DNA from: Candidatus Bipolaricaulia bacterium
GTDB lineage: Bacteria; Bipolaricaulota; Bipolaricaulia; JBHIAT01
Length of the DNA stretch: 20,553 nt
Direction of reading: 5' to 3'
Assembly: GCA_046758705.1 (NCBI GenBank)
Contig: JBHIAT010000052.1
Span: 1 to 20,553, forward strand
Part shown: one piece after another, positions 14,541-20,553 of the stretch
How the letters are laid out: each line of letters opens with the position of its first letter
How positions within the stretch are numbered: the first letter of the stretch is position 1
The notes under the pieces: model-generated
Seen by the model: the letters and a program-made list of their open reading frames with translations, nothing else
Told to the model about the DNA's origin: nothing
Databases searched by the model: none
Position numbers and translations under genes: made by a program

Positions 14541-16214
14541 TCATCTCGGATCGAGATCGTAGATGTCGATAGCGTGTTCGGCGGAGATCTTCTCCTGTTG
14601 GTAATCCTTGTGGATTTGCTGTTCCGGGCGTTGTGTGGGATCTCCATAACCCCCACCTCCAGGCGTCCTGACGCTCACCATCTCGCCCGGTCCGAGCGTG
14701 GCCGAGCCCTTGCCCCCCATCGGTCTCTCCTCGCCGCCGACGATCAGAAAGTTCTTGCCTCCGGCGCCCGCCTTCCCGCCGAACAGCCCGTAGGGCCGGG
14801 TGGCCCGCCGCTCCCCCAATAGGGAGAGCCGCGCCTGATGGTCGATCACCCGGATGTCCCGGCGGATGCCGAGCCCGCCCCGGTGGCGGCCAGCGCCTCC
14901 GCTATCGGGCCGCAGCTCATACCGCTCTACCCGAAGCGGATACGCGGTCTCCAACGCCTCGATCGGTGTGTTCATGGTGTTGGTCATGTGTGAGTGGACT
15001 CCGTCGATCCCGTCTCGGTTGAACCGTCCTCCGAAGCCACCTGCGATTGTCTCATAAATGGTGTAGGGCTCCCCGGTGCGCGGATCGATGCCGCCCAAGG
15101 TCAGATTGTTCATCGTCCCCTGGCAGGCAGCGATCGCCTTTTCAGGAATGACCTGGGCCAGCGCCGCAATGAGCACGTCGACGATCCGCTGAGAGGTTTC
15201 CAGGTTGCCCCCCACGACCGCGGCCGGGGGCGTGGCGTTGACAATGCTGCCCTCGGGCGCCTCGATCTGGATCGGACGGTAACAGCCGTGGTTCGGGGGG
15301 ATGCCTGGATCGGTGAGGCACCGGATCGTATAATAGCTGGCCGAGGCGGTTACCGCATAGACGGCGTTGACCGGGCCCTCGACCTGGGGGGCGCTTCCCG
15401 AGAAGTCGATTTGGATCTCATCTCCGCTGATGTGGACCGCCGCCTGGATCTTCACCCGGTTACGGCCGATCCCGTCGTCATCCAGATCGTCTTCGTAGTG
15501 GTAAACCCCATCCTTGAGCCGTTTGATCTGCTCGCGCATCCGTCGCTCAGAGTAGTTCATGATCTCATCCAGGATCTCAAACAACGACTCCCGCCCGTAT
15601 CGTCCCATCAGTTCCAGCAACCGCCGTCTGCCGGTCTCGTTGGCCGCCTGTTGCGCGCGGAGATCCCCGATCCGTTCTTTGGGGGTTCTGACGTTCGCCA
15701 GGATCACCGCCATGATTCCCTCCTGAACTTTCCCGCTCTCCCACAGCTTGACCGGCGGAATTCGCAAGCCCTCCTGATAGATCTCGGTCGCATCCCCGGC
15801 CACGCTTCCCGGCGTCTTGCCGCCCACATCGGCATGGTGGGCCCGGTTCGCAGAGAAGCCGACCAGCTCACCGTCGTCGAAGATCGGGGTGACGAACGTG
15901 ATATCGGGGAGGTGGGCACCTCCATGGAACGGATCGTTGAGCACGATCGTGTCCCCGGGTTCCAGGGTTTCCTGAGGAAACGCTTCCAGAGCGCTTTTCA
16001 CCGAAAACGGCATCGCGCCCAGATGGACCGGCATATCGTCCGCCTGGGCGATCATCCGGCCGTGGTGATCGAACAGCGCCGATGAGCAGTCCCGCCGTTC
16101 TTTGATGTTCGGGCTGTAGCTGCTACGGATCAGGTTCGCGCTCATCTCCTCGGCGATCCCTGCCAGCGCGTTTCGAACGACCTCCAGGGTGATTGCATCC
16201 ACATCCACACTCAT
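14541..16214 (-). CDS. hyuB: Hydantoinase B / 5-oxoprolinase family subunit
   Basis: DAITLEV, SPNIKERRDCS, PVHLGAM, NDPFHGGAHLPD, AHHADVGG..PGS, EIYQEGL and TPGGGGYGDP motifs. Confidence 0.92.
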   Translation of the reverse strand: MSVDVDAITLEVVRNALAGIAEEMSANLIRSSYSPNIKERRDCSSALFDHHGRMIAQADDMPVHLGAMPFSVKSALEAFPQETLEPGDTIVLNDPFHGGAHLPDITFVTPIFDDGELVGFSANRAHHADVGGKTPGSVAGDATEIYQEGLRIPPVKLWESGKVQEGIMAVILANVRTPKERIGDLRAQQAANETGRRRLLELMGRYGRESLFEILDEIMNYSERRMREQIKRLKDGVYHYEDDLDDDGIGRNRVKIQAAVHISGDEIQIDFSGSAPQVEGPVNAVYAVTASASYYTIRCLTDPGIPPNHGCYRPIQIEAPEGSIVNATPPAAVVGGNLETSQRIVDVLIAALAQVIPEKAIAACQGTMNNLTLGGIDPRTGEPYTIYETIAGGFGGRFNRDGIDGVHSHMTNTMNTPIEALETAYPLRVERYELRPDSGGAGRHRGGLGIRRDIRVIDHQARLSLLGERRATRPYGLFGGKAGAGGKNFLIVGGEERPMGGKGSATLGPGEMVSVRTPGGGGYGDPTQRPEQQIHKDYQQEKISAEHAIDIYDLDPR

Positions 16215-18280
16215 GCGCGCGTCCTCACCTCCCGCTCGATGATCAGGTCCCCCAGGGGATCCATGCGAGCCCGCTGACCGGGAAACACGGTGACCGTCGA
16301 CTCTGTCCCTTCGATGATCGCGGGGCCTGGGATCGGCACATCAACCGGTAACCGGTCTCGAGAGAAGATTTTACATAATACCCAGCCGGTCTCGCGGAAG
16401 TAGACGTCTCGAGGTGGTGTTTCGGCCCGTTTGAGACGGCGGCTCCCGGTCCGCTCCATCTCTCTCAATAACGGCTTGGGGATCTCCCCTCTGGCCTCCA
16501 GCCGGAGGTTCACCACCTCGAGAGGTTCTCCGGGCGCGGCATATCCGTAACTCATGCGGTGTGCTTCATCGAACCTCGCTGCGATCTCGCTCAGATCGTC
16601 CGGGGATAACTCGCGATTGGGGAGCGGCAGGTTCAACTCGTAGGACTGGCCTTGATAGCGGAGGTCCAAAGACGGGAGAAATGAGATCCGTCCCGGGTCG
16701 GTGACGCCACCCTCCTTGAGCGTTTGCCTCCCCGCCCGCTTAAACCGGCGGTAGATATCGTTTGTAAGATCCAGATCGAGATCCTCAACCCTTCTGAGGA
16801 TCGATTGCACAAAGTGATGAACCAGATCGGCGGCCAGCAGACCCAAGCTCGACAGGACACCGGCGCTGTTTGGGATGATGACCGTCGGAATCTCCAACTT
16901 GTCGGCCAGGTGACCTGCATGCAGGGGACCAGCTCCGCCGAAGGCCAGCAGTACAAAATCTCGGGGATCGTAACCTCGTTCCACCGATATCACTCGAATC
17001 GCTCTCTCCATGGCGGCATCGGCCACATCCAATATCCCCTGGGCTGCGACCTCCAACTCCATCCCCAAAGGCGTTGCGATCCGCTCTTCGATAACTTGTT
17101 GGGCCGCGTCCAGGTCTAATCGGTCCATCCCCCCCAACGGGTGCTCCGGGTTGAGTCGGCCGAGGACCAGATGGGCATCGGTCACCGTCGGTTCCCCTCC
17201 GCCCTTACCATAGCAAACGGGACCGGGATCAGCTCCGGCACTCCGGGGTCCAACCCGCAATGCCCCGCCCGCATCCCGCCAGGCGATACTTCCTCCCCCA
17301 GCTCCGATCGTGTGGATATCCACCATCGGGATCCGCAGGGGACGCCCGTCGATCTCCCCTTCGTTGGTTATCGTGGGTTTTCCGTCTACGATCAACGAAA
17401 GATCGCAGCTCGTCCCGCCCATATCCAAGGTGATGAGGTCGTTGAAGCCGGCCAGCTTTCCGACGAACTTCGCGCCTTCCACACCGGCTGCAGGTCCTGA
17501 GAGCACGATGGTGGCCGGGTTGTGCCTTGCGATTTGGCTGCTGCTGATCCCGGCATTCGATCGCATGATGCGCCAGTCTCGGGCGATACCCAACGCCCGA
17601 GTCCTTTCCTCCAGCCTTTTGAGATACCGATCCACGACCGGTTTGAGCGCCGCGCTGATGGCCGTGGTCGAGGTCCGTTCATACTCACGAAACTCGGGCA
17701 GGACTTCACAGGAGAGCGTGATCGGCACGGAGATGCTGCGCCGCAACGCCGCTTTCACCCTCCGCTCGTGCTCCGGGTTGAGGTAAGAGAACAGGAAGGA
17801 GACCGCCACGGAATCCACACCTCTCTGGTTTAATACCTCGGCGATCTCATCCAATTGTCCCTCATCTAGCTCGTGGATGATCTCGCCTCGATAGTCCAGC
17901 CGTTCGGGGACTTCGAAGCGCAGATCCCTGGGGACGATGGGATCAGGTCTTTCGGTGAGCAGGTTGTAGAGTTCCGGTCGGTTCTGCCTGCCGATCTCCA
18001 GTACGTCCCGGAACCCCTCGGTCGTGATCAGAGCGGTCACCGCCCAGTTCCGTTCCAGAATCGCGTTGGTGGCGACGGTGGTCCCGTGAACCAGCTGGAT
18101 CACCGACTCGTATCGAAATTTTTCCTTCAGTCTCAGCTGCAGCCGCTTCAACCCATCGATGACGCCTTGCTCCAGCTGGTTTGAGGTGGAGGGGACCTTA
18201 AGAACCTCCACCCGGTTCGTTTCAGGATCGATGAGGACGATATCGGTAAATGTGCCGCCTATATCGATCCCGATCTTCAT
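16211..18280 (-). CDS. hyuA: Hydantoinase A / 5-oxoprolinase family ATP-binding subunit
   Basis: Start at ATG 18280 (MKIGIDIGGTFTD), overlapping the permease stop. HGTTVATNA, EFREYERTST, SGPAAG, DMGGTS and FGGAGPLH motifs. Confidence 0.92.
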   Translation of the reverse strand: MKIGIDIGGTFTDIVLIDPETNRVEVLKVPSTSNQLEQGVIDGLKRLQLRLKEKFRYESVIQLVHGTTVATNAILERNWAVTALITTEGFRDVLEIGRQNRPELYNLLTERPDPIVPRDLRFEVPERLDYRGEIIHELDEGQLDEIAEVLNQRGVDSVAVSFLFSYLNPEHERRVKAALRRSISVPITLSCEVLPEFREYERTSTTAISAALKPVVDRYLKRLEERTRALGIARDWRIMRSNAGISSSQIARHNPATIVLSGPAAGVEGAKFVGKLAGFNDLITLDMGGTSCDLSLIVDGKPTITNEGEIDGRPLRIPMVDIHTIGAGGGSIAWRDAGGALRVGPRSAGADPGPVCYGKGGGEPTVTDAHLVLGRLNPEHPLGGMDRLDLDAAQQVIEERIATPLGMELEVAAQGILDVADAAMERAIRVISVERGYDPRDFVLLAFGGAGPLHAGHLADKLEIPTVIIPNSAGVLSSLGLLAADLVHHFVQSILRRVEDLDLDLTNDIYRRFKRAGRQTLKEGGVTDPGRISFLPSLDLRYQGQSYELNLPLPNRELSPDDLSEIAARFDEAHRMSYGYAAPGEPLEVVNLRLEARGEIPKPLLREMERTGSRRLKRAETPPRDVYFRETGWVLCKIFSRDRLPVDVPIPGPAIIEGTESTVTVFPGQRARMDPLGDLIIEREVRTRA

Positions 18281-19113
18281 TCCGCCGCCTCGTTGAGGGT
18301 GATCCCACGGATGAACTGTCGCTGAGCGAGGAAGAAGAGCGCCAGCATCGGGAGGACGATCATCACGTTCGCCGCCATCAGCACCGGCCAATCGCTGCCG
18401 AACTCCGTCCTGAGGGACGCGATGCCGACGGGCAGCGTCCGCATCGAGGCACGTTGGGTAACGATCAGCGGCCACAGGAAGCTGTTCCACTGCCAGATAA
18501 AGATGAAGATCGCCAGCGTCAGGAGCGTTGGTCTGACAAGCGGGAGCATGATCCGAACCAGGACCTGAAAGCGTGTCGCGCCGTCGATCCGCGCCGCATC
18601 CTCAAACGACCGCGGGATCTCCAGAAACGCTTGTCGCATCAGGAACGCCCCGAACGCCCCGGCCAGGAACGGGAGGATCAACGCCGGATAGGTGTCAATC
18701 AGGCCGAGCCACTTCAAGATCAGGAATGACGGGATCAAGGTGACATGATGGGGAACCATCATCGAGCTCAGGTAGAGATAGAACAGTAGGTTGCGCCCCG
18801 GGAATCGGAGTCGGGCGAACGCGTAACCGGCAAGCGTACCGCTGAACAACTGTCCGACGGTCACCGTCGCAGCAATGATCAGGCTGTTCAGGTACAGTCT
18901 GGCAAACGGAAGCTCCTCCCAAACCGACCGGTAGTTAGAGAGCCGCCAGGTCGTCGGCAGCCAACGAAACGGGTAAGAGAACGCCTCCGAACCTTCCTTA
19001 AATGAGGTGAACACCATCCACAGGACCGGGAGCAGCATGATCAGTCCGAGACCGATGAAAGTCAGGTGGTAAACGGCCGTCCGGGTATGACGTTCGATCT
19101 TTCCTGTTTTCAT
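18277..19113 (-). CDS. Carbohydrate ABC transporter permease (MalG/UgpE-like)
   Basis: LAGYAFARLRFPGR, EAA loop FEDAARIDGA, WNSFLWPLI and QRQFIRGI motifs. Confidence 0.92.
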   Translation of the reverse strand: MKTGKIERHTRTAVYHLTFIGLGLIMLLPVLWMVFTSFKEGSEAFSYPFRWLPTTWRLSNYRSVWEELPFARLYLNSLIIAATVTVGQLFSGTLAGYAFARLRFPGRNLLFYLYLSSMMVPHHVTLIPSFLILKWLGLIDTYPALILPFLAGAFGAFLMRQAFLEIPRSFEDAARIDGATRFQVLVRIMLPLVRPTLLTLAIFIFIWQWNSFLWPLIVTQRASMRTLPVGIASLRTEFGSDWPVLMAANVMIVLPMLALFFLAQRQFIRGITLNEAAE

Positions 19114-20015
19114 CGGATCGCTCCCTCCCGCTTCCAGCCTCGTCCTCTCCGTCCGACGGTGCGCAGTTGGATGAAAGACAGGACAAAAATAATTAAAAAC
19201 AGCACCCAGGCGATCGCCGACGCGTATCCCATCCTGAAGAACTCAAACGCCTCCTGATATAGGTAGTGGACGACGACGCTGGTGCTACCCATCGGTCCAC
19301 CGCCGGTCATCACGTAGATGAGTCCGAAAACCTGGAACGACTGGATGGTAGCAACGACCAGCACGAACGCGGTCGTCCGTCGCAGCAGCGGCAGTGTGAT
19401 GCTCCACAGCCTGCGCACCGGCCCGGCACCGTCAATGGCCGCCGCCTCGTAGTAGGCCCGGGGGATCCCCTGAAGACCGGCGACGAAGATCACCATGTAG
19501 TAGCCGACATACTTCCAGAGCGTGGTCAGGATCACCGCCGGCATCGCCCAGCGCGGGTCGGCCAACCAACCGGGACCGCGCACCCCAACCCGACTCAACA
19601 GGTGGTTAAACAGGCCAAAGTGTGGATCGAAGACCCACGACCACAGAAGGGCGACGACGACACTGGAGAGAACCGCCGGGGTGAACAGGACGGTTCGGTA
19701 GAGTTCGACACCGCGTCGTCTCCCCTGGAGCAACAGGGCGAGCCCGAGGGAGACCGCTGCCAGGAGCGGCACCGCGCCCAACGAGTAGTAAAGCGTGTTC
19801 TTGAGCGCGAGCCGCGTCTCTCGAGAGGTGAACACCTCCCGGTAGTTATCGAGACCGACAAACGATTTGCCCGGGGACAGGAGCGACCACTCATGGAAGC
19901 TGAGGTAGAGTGAATAGAGGATCGGAAACGCGATGAAGACTAAGAAGATGATGAGCGACGGGACGAGGCTCAGATAGGCTGCCTTCGACTCCTCGTTCCA
20001 AAGTTTCCCGTTCAT
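19110..20015 (-). CDS. Carbohydrate ABC transporter permease (MalF/UgpA-like)
   Basis: FVGLDNY, YEAAAIDGA, ITLPLL, FQVF..IYVMTGGGP and GYASAIA motifs. Start is ATG 20015 or TTG 20027. Confidence 0.92.
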   Translation of the reverse strand: MNGKLWNEESKAAYLSLVPSLIIFLVFIAFPILYSLYLSFHEWSLLSPGKSFVGLDNYREVFTSRETRLALKNTLYYSLGAVPLLAAVSLGLALLLQGRRRGVELYRTVLFTPAVLSSVVVALLWSWVFDPHFGLFNHLLSRVGVRGPGWLADPRWAMPAVILTTLWKYVGYYMVIFVAGLQGIPRAYYEAAAIDGAGPVRRLWSITLPLLRRTTAFVLVVATIQSFQVFGLIYVMTGGGPMGSTSVVVHYLYQEAFEFFRMGYASAIAWVLFLIIFVLSFIQLRTVGRRGRGWKREGAIR

Positions 20016-20553
20016 TTCACACCCCAATCTTCCCTAGGATAACCCCGGTTACAGGTTGCGGCAACCCTTGCATGTATAGGCCCTAGTAACTGGCCATTAC
20101 AGCACTGAAGATCTTATTTGGAACCTGGAACACCTTACCCCCGAACTATTGCGATTTTCGATGAGAGCTGTCATCTGGATTTTATCGACCAACCTTGAAT
20201 TCATCAGTATCAATGAATATAATGAAGGTGATCCCAATGGTATTAACCAATCACCAGGAGCCCAGGTTTGACAGCCCCACCCCCAATCACTGTAATTTTA
20301 ACATTTCGTGGCCAGAAGTCCCCTTCCAAACCGAAGGTTTGGTGGAGGCCAATGACCCAGGTTTTGACCTTGACATAGTTGCTCTATTGGGTTACGTTAA
20401 CCTAGGTAAACCCCAAGATGACTAATGCCACCTCAAGCTATGACTTTGATACCGCAAGCCACACCGTCTAGACAGAACGGGGCGATGAACCCAACACGAC
20501 CATGAAAACGATCAAAGCCCTTTCCTTCAAGGTGATCGATCCGAACCCCGGCA

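Noticed and set aside
18281-18490. 70-aa N-terminal extension of hydantoinase A
   Set aside because: It overlaps the permease in another frame, and the family N-terminus MKIGIDIGGTFTD starts at 18280.

Overview
Bacterial, GC-rich accessory region. It starts exactly on a degenerate CRISPR-like array: three 37-nt repeats at 1-186, plus a fourth degenerate repeat at 503-539. An orphan CopG-type antitoxin gene sits between repeats 3 and 4. Next come an RHH/MazF-type toxin-antitoxin pair and a DeoC homologue with non-canonical active-site residues. An unlisted 43-aa membrane microprotein gene precedes a ~1.65 kb tandem duplication on the minus strand. Each duplicated unit is a PilX-like minor-pilin gene preceded by closely stacked c-di-GMP-I (GEMM) riboswitch aptamers: three intact in one unit, two intact plus one truncated G20A variant in the other. 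Further on are a persulfide-detoxification-type operon (ArsR-rhodanese, 38-aa sORF, MBL hydrolase, MFS) and a URO-D/methyltransferase-family gene with ribokinase. A small defence island holds an in-frame HsdR-HsdS deletion chimera, radC and a MAD3/MAD4-like ATPase-TOPRIM pair. The window ends with a minus-strand operon of two carbohydrate ABC permeases coupled to hydantoinase/oxoprolinase A and B. All family calls come from reading motifs by eye; no searches were run.
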